A DNA stretch of 64,000 nucleotides from Alphaproteobacteria bacterium. GTDB taxonomy: Bacteria; Pseudomonadota; Alphaproteobacteria; CALKHQ01. The first letter of the stretch is position 1. Every line of letters starts with the position of its first letter. Location of the stretch: contig CBDDFZ010000001.1 of NCBI GenBank assembly GCA_965227515.1, positions 3,328,001 through 3,392,000 of the forward strand. Reading direction: 5' to 3'. Of the stretch, positions 1-8,258 are shown in pieces. Both the position numbers and the translations under genes were made by a program. Under the pieces are notes generated by a model. The model was not told where the DNA came from and made no database searches. It saw only the letters and a program-made list of their open reading frames with translations.

Positions 1-428
1 TGGGCGCCGGCGAGGAGTTCATCCTCTCGGTCACCGAGAACGGCTATGGCAAGCGCTCGTCGGCCTACCAGTACCGGGTCACCGGCCGCGGCGGCCAGGG
101 CATCGGCAGCATCGAGACGTCGGCGCGCAACGGCTCGGTGGTGGCCGAGTTTCCGGTGGCCGACGGCGACCAGATCATGCTGGTGACCAATGGCGGCCAG
201 TTGATCCGCACCTCCGTCGACGAGATCGGCATCATGCGGCGCAACACCCAGGGCGTGCGCCTGTTTAAGGTGGACGATGACGAGCGCGTCGTCTCCGTCA
301 CCCACATCGCCGAGGACGATATCGCCGACGACGAGGATGCCGACGACGAGGATCAAGGCCCCGATGATGCCGGTGATGCCGGCGACGCGGCCCCAGACGG
401 CGCCCCCGATGACGCTGGGGAAGACTGA
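1..428 (+). CDS. gyrA: DNA gyrase subunit A, C-terminal part (5' truncated by window)
   Basis: Frame from nt 3 reads ILSVTENGYGKRSS..YRVTGRGGQG..IMLVTNGGQLIR..RRNTQGVRLF (beta-pinwheel repeats) plus an acidic tail; gyrA-coaD-tRNA synteny. Confidence 0.93.
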   Translation, partial: GAGEEFILSVTENGYGKRSSAYQYRVTGRGGQGIGSIETSARNGSVVAEFPVADGDQIMLVTNGGQLIRTSVDEIGIMRRNTQGVRLFKVDDDERVVSVTHIAEDDIADDEDADDEDQGPDDAGDAGDAAPDGAPDDAGED

Positions 429-429
429 G

Positions 430-927
430 ATGCGGGTTGCCGTCTACCCGGGCACCTTCGATCCGGTTACCAACGGGCACATGGACGTCATCTCCCGCGC
501 CGTGCGGGTGGTGGACAAGCTGGTCATTGCCGTTGCGTCCAACCTGGACAAGCAGCCGCTGTTCTCGCTGGAGGAGCGCACCGATATGGTGCGCGCCGAG
601 ATCCACGCCCTGAACGGCGGCTCCGCCGAGACCGAGGTGCGGCCCTTCGATTGCCTGCTGATGGACTTCGTGGCCGAGGCCGGGGCCAGCATCATCGTGC
701 GCGGGCTGCGCGCGGTCAGCGACTTCGAGTACGAGTTCCAGATGGCCTCCATGAACCGGCGCCTGAACCCGAAGGTGGAGACGGTGTTCCTGACCGCGTC
801 GGAGACCAACCAGTTCATCGCGTCGCGGTTCGTGAAGGACATCGGCCGGCTGGGCGGCGACATATCCCACTTCGTCTCGCCCCGGGTGGCCGCACGCCTG
901 ACCGAGAAATTCGCTGGCCAAGGGTGA
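430..927 (+). CDS. coaD: Phosphopantetheine adenylyltransferase
   Basis: MRVAVYPGTFDPVTNGH, RGLRAVSDFEYEFQMA; ATG at 430. Confidence 0.97.
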   Translation: MRVAVYPGTFDPVTNGHMDVISRAVRVVDKLVIAVASNLDKQPLFSLEERTDMVRAEIHALNGGSAETEVRPFDCLLMDFVAEAGASIIVRGLRAVSDFEYEFQMASMNRRLNPKVETVFLTASETNQFIASRFVKDIGRLGGDISHFVSPRVAARLTEKFAGQG

Positions 928-957
928 TTTGCGCTGGGTAGTTGCCTTTCTTCCTAA

Positions 958-1082
958 CCGTCATTGCGAGGAGCGCCGATCAGGCGCGACGCGGCAATCC
1001 AGAGAACTGTTGGCGCAGCACCGCAATCGCCTGGATTGCCACGCCGCCCCCATAAGGAATGGGACGCGGCTCGCAATGACGG
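958..1082. repeat. CGTC-type REP-like palindromic doublet
   Basis: Outer IR CCGTCATTGCGAG (958-970) / CTCGCAATGACGG (1070-1082); inner IR GGCAATCCAG (993-1002) / CTGGATTGCC (1031-1040). Confidence 0.8.
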
Positions 1083-1120
1083 ATCAAGGGTTGGTTGGTT
1101 CGGTCAAGACCGCTTTGCGG

Positions 1121-1149
1121 TTGACGGCGCGCCGGGCCTTACCTACCGT
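1121..1149 (+). promoter_or_regulatory. Putative sigma70 promoter of tRNA-Lys
   Basis: TTGACG-N17-TACCGT followed by a GC-rich discriminator, upstream of the tRNA. Confidence 0.5.
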
Positions 1150-1197
1150 CCGCCCGGCCTTGGCTGGCGCGCAATGCGCCACCACATGGTGTGTTAC

Positions 1198-1273
1198 GGG
1201 CCCGTAGCTCAGCTGGCAGAGCACCTGACTTTTAATCAGGTTGTCGCAGGTTCGAACCCTGCCGGGCTCACCA
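1198..1273 (+). tRNA. tRNA-Lys (anticodon UUU), integration target
   Basis: 76-nt cloverleaf: acceptor GGGCCCG/CGGGCTC, anticodon arm CCTGA-CTTTTAA-TCAGG, T-loop TTCGAAC, encoded CCA. Confidence 0.98.
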
Positions 1274-1274
1274 A
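1226..1274 (+). repeat. att core, left copy (49 bp, 3' part of tRNA-Lys)
   Basis: TGACTTTTAATCAGGTTGTCGCAGGTTCGAACCCTGCCGGGCTCACCAA identical to 13900-13948. Confidence 0.96.
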
Positions 1275-1277
1275 CAA

Positions 1278-1290
1278 AATCAATTACTTA
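1278..1290 (+). promoter_or_regulatory. IHF-binding consensus next to the att core
   Basis: AATCAA-TTAC-TTA matches WATCAA-N4-TTR, 3 bp inside the left att repeat. Confidence 0.6.
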
Positions 1291-1359
1291 GACCGAGAAG
1301 CATTTGCCAGCGCGACACGCTTCCTCCAAATAGGTACGACATAGGTCCAGGAGTGCATA

Positions 1360-1635
1360 ATGGCTTTGCAGATGTTTCACATTGGCCCCGACCCTGCAGC
1401 TTTCGGGAACTCTCTCTGGCAGGGTCGGCCCACCAAGGAAGGTGCGCTCATCGCCGCGTCGTCTGCGCAACAGGCCAGAGAGATTGCAGCGGATGCCTAT
1501 GCCGATCCGACGGCAGGCGGCAGGTCACCATGGCTGCAGCCCATCACGACCTTCTGCTATGCGGTGCCATGTGTCGGCCCGATACCCAGCGATCCCGGCA
1601 TCATGGTTGAAGGCTTGAAAAGTCCCGGCCAATAA
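1360..1635 (+). CDS. Hypothetical protein (91 aa), element cargo
   Basis: AGGAG RBS before ATG; followed by a terminator hairpin. Confidence 0.6.
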   Translation: MALQMFHIGPDPAAFGNSLWQGRPTKEGALIAASSAQQAREIAADAYADPTAGGRSPWLQPITTFCYAVPCVGPIPSDPGIMVEGLKSPGQ

Positions 1636-1638
1636 AGA

Positions 1639-1663
1639 GGCCCCGCCGAAGCGGGGCCAGTTT
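1639..1663. terminator. Intrinsic terminator between convergent genes
   Basis: GGCCCCGC-CGAA-GCGGGGCC then AGTTT. Confidence 0.7.
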
Positions 1664-1687
1664 CAAGATGCAAATTTGCGGCTTGAT

Positions 1688-2200
1688 TTACGCGGCGCGA
1701 CGCTTCCGCCCGGCCTCGATGACCTCGTTATCGACCAGCTCGGTATTGTCACCCGGCCCGCGAATGACCAGCGTCTTGCCCTCCGGGATGACCTTGGGAA
1801 TGTAGGTCAGCGGCGGGTCGCGATGCCGGCCCGCATCCATTCGGTAGTGATCGTTGCCGTAACAGTCCTGGTCATAGTCGGGATCGTCCGCTGCCACCGG
1901 GCTCGCTTCACCGCCTTCCTCCTGCCAGCCGCAGTCATCGCACGTCTCGCCCTCCCCTTCGCATTGGGCGCCCTCGTCCTCGCAGTCCTCCTCCACGTCT
2001 TCCAAGTCAGCGTCGAAACCGAACAGGCGTTCCGCGACGCTCCACGGCACGACGATCTCCAGAGTCACGCCATCGTCCGACTGGTCGATGACGTGCCCGG
2101 CGTTGAACATGACGCTTGCCAGGGCCAAGGCATTCTCGATGCCCAGGGACTCTGGAATCGCTGGCGATGTAAGGGATGTGATATGCGTGCCATCAGGCAT
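1688..2200 (-). CDS. Acidic hypothetical protein (170 aa), element cargo
   Basis: Strong AAGGAGGT RBS; D/E-rich middle with several Cys. Confidence 0.65.
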   Translation of the reverse strand: MPDGTHITSLTSPAIPESLGIENALALASVMFNAGHVIDQSDDGVTLEIVVPWSVAERLFGFDADLEDVEEDCEDEGAQCEGEGETCDDCGWQEEGGEASPVAADDPDYDQDCYGNDHYRMDAGRHRDPPLTYIPKVIPEGKTLVIRGPGDNTELVDNEVIEAGRKRRAA

Positions 2201-2277
2201 TGCCGTACCTCCTTCATAGGTCGGTTGTGCTTAGGCCGGGTGGGGTGCTCCAACACCTCGCCCGGCCGGTGGGGAAT

Positions 2278-2772
2278 TCAGATCTTGTCCGCGACCTCGT
2301 TCCACACGTCGCTGGCACCCTCGATGAAGGCGTCAACAAACTCGACGGACACGCCGCTCAAGTGTTCCGGCTCAATGCCGAGAAAGATCGCGACATTCTC
2401 GAAGCTCGCTTCGTCGTCGCTAAACACCTGGCCATACAGCCAAGTTGCAGCGTCATCGCCCTGTCCCATGTCCCAAATGACAGCGCTATCTACCTTGGAC
2501 ATAGCCAGAAGCTCGCGGTAACCGGCGCGCTGGCGAGCCCAATGCATACCATTGGCCTTCCCGCCTTGCCCCTCTTCGGCCTGGTAGTTCTCTTTGCTCG
2601 CACGGAGCCTTGCGATAACATCGTCCATTGATGCGATCTCCTTCACGGTTTCGATGTGTCTGAGCTCGCTCTCGAAGGCCCGCTGGGCTGCGGCTGACCA
2701 GTTTGCAGCTTCGCCGGCCGCGTCCATGCGGGCCTTCATTTCATCGGGAACATACACATTCACTCGTGGCAT
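2278..2772 (-). CDS. Protein with N-terminal ribbon-helix-helix (Arc/CcdA-like) domain
   Basis: MPRVNVYVPDEMKARMD..NWSAAAQRAFESEL pattern; GGAGG RBS. Confidence 0.65.
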   Translation of the reverse strand: MPRVNVYVPDEMKARMDAAGEAANWSAAAQRAFESELRHIETVKEIASMDDVIARLRASKENYQAEEGQGGKANGMHWARQRAGYRELLAMSKVDSAVIWDMGQGDDAATWLYGQVFSDDEASFENVAIFLGIEPEHLSGVSVEFVDAFIEGASDVWNEVADKI

Positions 2773-2790
2773 TCGGTTCCTCCGAACTCA

Positions 2791-2852
2791 GTGTGTGTAT
2801 GTTGGTCCGACTATGCGCATATGTCAAGCGCCGTCACCAAACATACACACAC
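2791..2852. promoter_or_regulatory. Inverted-repeat operator pair around the promoter of the RHH gene
   Basis: GTGTGTGTATGTT (2791-2803) / AACATACACACAC (2840-2852) flank a minus-strand TTGACA (2827-2822). Confidence 0.6.
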
Positions 2853-2865
2853 ACGGGTGCGTTTG

Positions 2866-2888
2866 TCCCACCCTTGGTAAGGGTGGGA
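2866..2888. terminator. Hairpin at the 3' end of the packaging operon
   Basis: TCCCACCCTT-GGT-AAGGGTGGGA directly after the last stop codon; no U-tract. Confidence 0.45.
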
Positions 2889-3086
2889 TCAGTGCACCGT
2901 CCCTGCCGGCGCCTGTAGGGCCTCGACGGCGCGGAGGATACGCAGCCAAGCCGCATGGCCGTCGTCGTCGCCGCGCTGCTGCATCTCTTCGGCCCGCACC
3001 TGTGCCTCAAGTGCGGCGGTGCTGCCAAGGCGCTGAATCAGCAGGTTGGCTGTGCGATAGATGTCCAGGTCACTTGGCTGCGGCAT
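2889..3086 (-). CDS. Small helical hypothetical protein (65 aa)
   Basis: MPQPSDLDIYRTANLLI..WLRILRAVEAL; TGATG overlap with the upstream gene. Confidence 0.7.
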   Translation of the reverse strand: MPQPSDLDIYRTANLLIQRLGSTAALEAQVRAEEMQQRGDDDGHAAWLRILRAVEALQAPAGTVH

Positions 3087-5935
3087 CAGAAGTTCGGCAT
3101 CTCGATATCGCGCTCGTCTAGTATCTGGCGCGCCAATTTCTCGCGCTCGCGTTCCCGTCGGTCGTCGGTCCACGGGACGGTGGACAGGCGCTCCATCTCA
3201 GCAAGTTCGGCCTCCAAGCGCTCCATCTCCTGCGTGTTCAGATACGGGACATTTGACTCACGTTCAGGCGCCTCTTCCTCAACCTCGATATCGGCGCTGA
3301 TACCAACGGCGGCGGCCGCCGCACCAGCGCCGCCAGTCATCGCATCAAGAGCCCCATCAACCAATGCGTCAACCGCGATATCGGCGCCTTGTTCCAAGGC
3401 CTCCTGTTCGTCGACATGCAGCGGCGCAAGGGCCACCAGTTCCTCGGCGGTCCAGGTGCGGATATTGCCTTGCGCATCCACCAGCAACCGCCCAAAGGAC
3501 CGCACGCCCGGCCCGTCGGTTGGCATGACAAGCGCGAAGTTGCCCTGGTGGTTGATCCAGCGTGCCCCGTCAACCCGCCCCGTCCAGGTAGCTCGCATTA
3601 TGCGCTGCTCTACTGGCGACGAAAAGGCGCCATCCAAGAAGTCGGCATAGTAGGTCAGCGGATCAATGGCATGTAACATCTCCCGCGCAACCTGCATGCC
3701 CTCGACGATCTCTTGTCCCTGGGCTCTCGGCACAAACGCGGCGCCGACGGCGGAGTCGATGGGAACCTCGTCCTTGTAGAGAAGATCTATCGCCATCTTG
3801 ATCGCGCGCTCGGCAGGCGTGCTTGTGTCGCCAAAAGCCATCACGCCGATGCTCTGCCCAAAGCCCCCCTCAACCTGCTCGGGCGTGCGGGCCAGGATCG
3901 CAATGGCAAGCTGCGTTGCCGCCGCCTTGTCCTCGTCCGCTATCTCACGCAACAGTTCGGTCGAGCCGACCATGCCCATGAGGTCGGCATAGACATGGCC
4001 GCGTGCAGCCTCGTAGTACGTGTTGACGTCTCGCAACACGTGGTTTCGATCAGCCTCTGACGAATATTGCTCCTTGAAGCGGTCCATCGCCCCGCTATCC
4101 ATGAGCATGTTGGCGATGAATGTGCGCTCGGTGAACGAGTCTGCCGGTGCCGAGACCACGTGACGCCAGAACGGATTGATGCCGGCGTCGATCAGTTGAT
4201 CCATGACCGCCAGTTCCATCGGCTCATCGTCCAGCGCCACCGTCAGGCCCATCAACAACTCGGTCTTGTCGCCCATGTCCTCGGCACGGCGGAAGGTATC
4301 CAGCACGCTGTCCATCATGGCGGCGGGGAATGGCTTCCATTGTTCGGCGTCGGCCGCCAAGGCGCCTTGGCGGCTCCACAGTTCGCGAATGACGGCGCGT
4401 TGCTGCGATGCAGTCCCGCCGTCCGCGAAAGCCGTCGCGAACCGCTCGGCAAGCTCCGGTGACTGCTGCAGCACATAGCCCGGAAGGTCAGCCCCGCGCT
4501 CGCCTAGGATCTTCTGAGCTTGCCCCTGCAATGCCTCGGCGCGGCGCATCCGCGTGGCCAGGTCAGGCCCGCCAGCTTCTAGCGCCGCGCGCTCGTCTGC
4601 GATCATCGCTTCCAGCTCGGCATTCGACATGCCGTGCATGGCCTCGAACTCGCCGGCAAGGCTTCGTGCAGCCTGCAACCCTTCCATCACCTCCGTGCCG
4701 GATGCCGGGTCGAAGCGGTAGGCGCGCATCACCTGGTCGGTCGTCAAGGGATCGGTCACGGGAATGCCGAGTTGCAGCGCCGCGACTTCATCCTCCACCC
4801 GTGCCGCAACGTCGGCCCGCAAGGCGGAGTCCATGTCGAATGCGCGGGCCTCGGCACGGGCATAGAGCCGGTCGGCCTGTTCAGGCGTCAGGCCCTCGAT
4901 CGGCACGCGCTCCGGCAGCATCGGCGCGACAGGCGTCGCGGGCGGCGGTGCCGACTGGACGGGTGTAGACGGCTCGGGCACCGCCAACGCCAGTTCGCGA
5001 AGCTCGTCCAGGCCCTCGGCGGTGTCTTCTACGTCGTTGTTGTCCAACACCCGCGCCAGCTCGCGCACGTAGTCCATTGGCGCGACTGCCTCGCCGGCAC
5101 CGGGCGGGCCACCGGTCTGCACCGCAAACCGCGCGTGATCGCCAAACAACTCGACCGCCCGGTTGAACACCGCAGCGCCTCGTTCGCGGTCGCCAACTTC
5201 GGGCGCATAGACCGTGTCGTCCGGTGGTGCGGCGGCAGGTTGTGGCGGTGCCGTTGGCACGGCGCCATGCGCCTGTAGCCATCCATGCGGGTCGCGGGAA
5301 ATGGCAGCCGAGTGATAGGCATAGCGGTAATCAGCACGCCGCGACTCGAGCAATTCCACGCCAGCCGTGCGCGTGATCAGGCCAGATGAAACCATGCCGC
5401 CGATGGTGAGCCCGATGGTGTCCAGATCGGCCGCCATGTTTGCGGTCGGCATCGAGGCATGAGCCACAAGGTCGTTCAGCGCGGCGGTGGACTGCGCCAG
5501 GTTGTGGTCATCCTCGCGCGCCAATGCCAGGTCACGGACAGCGATGCCAACCCGTCCGACCAGCCCCTCATTGCGGTTGCCGACCGTATCCAGCAAGTCG
5601 GTCTGCAATGCATCCATGACGGTGGGATCGTAGTTCTGTTGCCCCAGCACGCCCGGCAGCGTGGCCCGAAATTCCTCGAACTTCACGGCATAGCTGGCGA
5701 AGTCCTGGTCCTGGTCGAGCTGCTGGAGGAACTGGTCCGACAGATTGCGGATGGTCGCCCTGCCCTCCGACAGTTGCACCGCGCGCAACTGCTCTAGGCG
5801 CTGGTCGACCTCTCCGGTGGCCAGTTCCCCAAACTGCTGCAGCGCTGCACCGCCCTGCCCGAACGATGCCGGGTTGACGGTGGCCGCCCGCCCGGCCTGG
5901 ACCGTCGTGCGCGGCGTGTAGGGAATGATCGGCAT
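3086..5935 (-). CDS. Large helical protein (949 aa), podophage internal virion / DNA-ejection-like
   Basis: Long open frame coupled by TGATG overlaps; N-terminus MPIIPYTPR..NPASFGQGGAALQQFG; Ala/acidic helical composition; function inferred. Confidence 0.55.
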   Translation of the reverse strand: MPIIPYTPRTTVQAGRAATVNPASFGQGGAALQQFGELATGEVDQRLEQLRAVQLSEGRATIRNLSDQFLQQLDQDQDFASYAVKFEEFRATLPGVLGQQNYDPTVMDALQTDLLDTVGNRNEGLVGRVGIAVRDLALAREDDHNLAQSTAALNDLVAHASMPTANMAADLDTIGLTIGGMVSSGLITRTAGVELLESRRADYRYAYHSAAISRDPHGWLQAHGAVPTAPPQPAAAPPDDTVYAPEVGDRERGAAVFNRAVELFGDHARFAVQTGGPPGAGEAVAPMDYVRELARVLDNNDVEDTAEGLDELRELALAVPEPSTPVQSAPPPATPVAPMLPERVPIEGLTPEQADRLYARAEARAFDMDSALRADVAARVEDEVAALQLGIPVTDPLTTDQVMRAYRFDPASGTEVMEGLQAARSLAGEFEAMHGMSNAELEAMIADERAALEAGGPDLATRMRRAEALQGQAQKILGERGADLPGYVLQQSPELAERFATAFADGGTASQQRAVIRELWSRQGALAADAEQWKPFPAAMMDSVLDTFRRAEDMGDKTELLMGLTVALDDEPMELAVMDQLIDAGINPFWRHVVSAPADSFTERTFIANMLMDSGAMDRFKEQYSSEADRNHVLRDVNTYYEAARGHVYADLMGMVGSTELLREIADEDKAAATQLAIAILARTPEQVEGGFGQSIGVMAFGDTSTPAERAIKMAIDLLYKDEVPIDSAVGAAFVPRAQGQEIVEGMQVAREMLHAIDPLTYYADFLDGAFSSPVEQRIMRATWTGRVDGARWINHQGNFALVMPTDGPGVRSFGRLLVDAQGNIRTWTAEELVALAPLHVDEQEALEQGADIAVDALVDGALDAMTGGAGAAAAAVGISADIEVEEEAPERESNVPYLNTQEMERLEAELAEMERLSTVPWTDDRREREREKLARQILDERDIEMPNF

Positions 5936-6312
5936 CAGGGACCGTCGTACGGCTCGACCGTGATGTGCCATGCCGAGACGCGACCGTGATCCTCCGCCTT
6001 CGGCTCGCGACTGGTAACTAGCAGTTGCATGCGGCTGTGAGGCTTCACGCCACCGCGCCAGGTCGGGCTACCAGCCGCGCGGGCCTCGAACTTGCCAGGG
6101 CCGTATAGGCATAGGATTGTGTCGTCGACGTACAGGATTTCGCCATAGGCGCTGTCGAACCAGCCCGGCGCCAGGATTTCCTCCGGCGTTGCGTGCGTCA
6201 TTAGCGTCCAACGCGAGGGGCACGATCCAACTGATTCCGTCCGAACCATGTCTTGCCTGCCCAGGTGAACCGGCGGACGATCTGTCGGCTTTTCGAGCGT
6301 TTTGGTAGTCAT
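5935..6312 (-). CDS. Hypothetical protein (125 aa), possibly capsid-associated
   Basis: ATGA-coupled to the TerL nuclease gene; W-x-x-x-T..EEILAPGWF..LYVDDTI motif. Confidence 0.55.
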   Translation of the reverse strand: MTTKTLEKPTDRPPVHLGRQDMVRTESVGSCPSRWTLMTHATPEEILAPGWFDSAYGEILYVDDTILCLYGPGKFEARAAGSPTWRGGVKPHSRMQLLVTSREPKAEDHGRVSAWHITVEPYDGP

Positions 6313-7055
6313 CTCTTTCTCCGTTCAATGTTGTAGTGCGTAGGCATTGGTCGCCGTCTTTCCGCTGTGCGCGGCTTGGCGAAGCGCAGGCTCATGACGG
6401 CAATGCGCGTTGCCGACAGCAAGTCGTCGGCTTCCTTCACGATCTTCCCGGCCTTGCGGTGATAAAGGCGGAATTCCTCGAACCAGTCGGCCAGGTGCGA
6501 GAACACCTTGAAGCGGCCGGCCTGCATGTATTCCAGCATCTGAGTGATGCCGGCCTCGGTGCCGAAGCCGCCGTCCTCGTGGGTCGCGTGCTCAGGCAGC
6601 ATGTTGAGCCCCCGGCGGCGGTATCCGCCCGCCAGCGCCTCGCCTGAGCCCTTGTCGTGCTGGTGACCGTCGTGCGGCCAGGCCCAGGGCATCGCCGGTC
6701 CCCAGGGCTTGATGGCGTCGACGTGGATGGCCGGAGTTTCCTCGCGCGCCCGATAGCACTGCGCCACGTAGATCACGTCATCGTCGCGGTCCCAGGCCAG
6801 CTTCACGGCGCCGAAAGGATGGTCCCAACCGAAGTCCATGCCACCGATGCAGGCGTAAAAGTCCGGCACCTTGAACGGCGCGCAGGTGATGCCTTCCTCG
6901 GCCACAGGAAAAACCCGGCCGCTGCCCAGCATCGGCACGCCCTTGGCACGGGCTTCGCGCTCGTGGGCGGGGTAGTCCGCAGCGATGCGCTCGCGTTCCT
7001 CCGGGCTGAAATGCTCGGCATCGTCCAGCGTCAGGAAGGTGACGTGTTTCGTCAT
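6309..7055 (-). CDS. Terminase large subunit, C-terminal nuclease half (P22 gp2-like)
   Basis: DDAEH..YPAHEREARAKGVPMLGSGRVF, GMDFGWDHP, WPHDGHQH, FEEFRLYHR, DDLLSATR. Confidence 0.92.
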   Translation of the reverse strand: MTKHVTFLTLDDAEHFSPEERERIAADYPAHEREARAKGVPMLGSGRVFPVAEEGITCAPFKVPDFYACIGGMDFGWDHPFGAVKLAWDRDDDVIYVAQCYRAREETPAIHVDAIKPWGPAMPWAWPHDGHQHDKGSGEALAGGYRRRGLNMLPEHATHEDGGFGTEAGITQMLEYMQAGRFKVFSHLADWFEEFRLYHRKAGKIVKEADDLLSATRIAVMSLRFAKPRTAERRRPMPTHYNIERRKR

Positions 7056-7834
7056 CGGCGCCGCACCCGGTAGTGGCTTGGAAGCGGCTTCGGCGGGATC
7101 TTCACGCCCATCGGGTCGTCATCGGCCTCGGTCCAACCCGGCGGGTCAACCAGTTCGGGTTCGCCCTCGTCCACGTCCTGGTGGATGAAGCCGCGCACCA
7201 CTTCCGACATGCCCAACAGCGGTGTCATCGTCGCCAATGCGATGCCGCGGTTGTCGGATAGCCGGGCCAAGCCCTCGTTGTAGATATCGACGGGCGGTTC
7301 CTCGTCGTACCAAATCAAATGCAGCGCCGCGCCCTGCCACTTCTCGCGGCCCTTTTCATAGGTCTTGAAGCCCAGGATGGATTGGCCGCCGGTCACATGC
7401 TTGATGATCACCTGGTCGAGCGCGTCGGCAACCGTGCGGGCCATCGAGTGCGGCCCCAGGGCATCGCCCGGTATCATCCCCGTGCCCCAGGACGATCTGT
7501 CGGCGGGCGGGCCAATCAGCTTCTCTTGCGGAACGTCGCGCGTGGACTCGGACGTGATGCCGGATGCCCAGGCAACTATCGGCTCGCCAAACCGCTTGCC
7601 CTTCCACCAGTCCGGATATCGGCCAGTCAGGTGCATCGCGACTTCGGCGCCGCCGGCCAGCGTCTTGCCGCATCGATTGCCTCCCAACAGCAAGCGCTCG
7701 CGGTGCTCGGCACCAGCGGCATGGAACTCAGCCTGTTTCGGATAGGGTCGATACCTGGATAGCTTGCGGCGGGCCTTGCGGCGGGCCAGCTCGGCAAGCT
7801 CGGCATCGAGTTCCTTGAGCGCCTCAGCCGTCAT
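7052..7834 (-). CDS. Terminase large subunit, N-terminal ATPase half (P22 gp2-like)
   Basis: YPKQAEFH, Walker A GGNRCGKT, HLTGRYPDWW, Walker B IWYDEEP, coupling motif TMTP. Confidence 0.92.
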   Translation of the reverse strand: MTAEALKELDAELAELARRKARRKLSRYRPYPKQAEFHAAGAEHRERLLLGGNRCGKTLAGGAEVAMHLTGRYPDWWKGKRFGEPIVAWASGITSESTRDVPQEKLIGPPADRSSWGTGMIPGDALGPHSMARTVADALDQVIIKHVTGGQSILGFKTYEKGREKWQGAALHLIWYDEEPPVDIYNEGLARLSDNRGIALATMTPLLGMSEVVRGFIHQDVDEGEPELVDPPGWTEADDDPMGVKIPPKPLPSHYRVRRR

Positions 7835-8258
7835 GTTCGATGACCTTCGCGGCCAGCCCCAACTGACGCATCTTCGCCGCAATGGATGCCTCGATCTGTT
7901 CGTCGGTGCGAGTGTCCATCTGCACCCGCGCGTCTACCCGGTCGACAAGGTGGCCACTCAGCTTGCCCTGCAACTCGGTCGCCTTCACGGCGGCGCTGTG
8001 CTGGCCGGCTTCCCGTGCCGCCTCACGGTCTTCCTTGAGCTGGGTCATCAGCTTGTCGACGGTGAATTCGTTCCGCTTTGCCGTCTCGGCCTGGATCTCG
8101 GCAATGCGAACCTTCACGTCGTCGCGCTTGAGCAACTCCCGCGCCCGGTACCGCCCGCCCCGATAGCCCGCCTGCCGCGCGGCCTCAGCCCCGGAATTCC
8201 CGGCGGCATAGGCAATGGCAAACGCTTCCATGCGAGGATTCCAGCGGTAACGGGCCAT
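7824..8258 (-). CDS. Terminase small subunit
   Basis: HTH AFAIAY..GAEAARQAGY..ARELLKRDDVKVRIAE; SAAVKATELQGKL; directly upstream of TerL. Confidence 0.88.
   Translation of the reverse strand: MARYRWNPRMEAFAIAYAAGNSGAEAARQAGYRGGRYRARELLKRDDVKVRIAEIQAETAKRNEFTVDKLMTQLKEDREAAREAGQHSAAVKATELQGKLSGHLVDRVDARVQMDTRTDEQIEASIAAKMRQLGLAAKVIEHDG

Noticed and set aside
320-420. GACGAC/GATGAT low-complexity repeat
   Set aside because: It encodes the ordinary acidic GyrA tail.
964-1344. 126-aa ORF across the tRNA
   Set aside because: It overlaps the REP element and tRNA-Lys and has no protein motif.
6309-7834. TerL as a frameshifted pseudogene
   Set aside because: There is a clean ATGA overlap, intact motifs in both halves and an added tail resembling the true C-terminus. 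A sequencing error cannot be fully excluded without reads.
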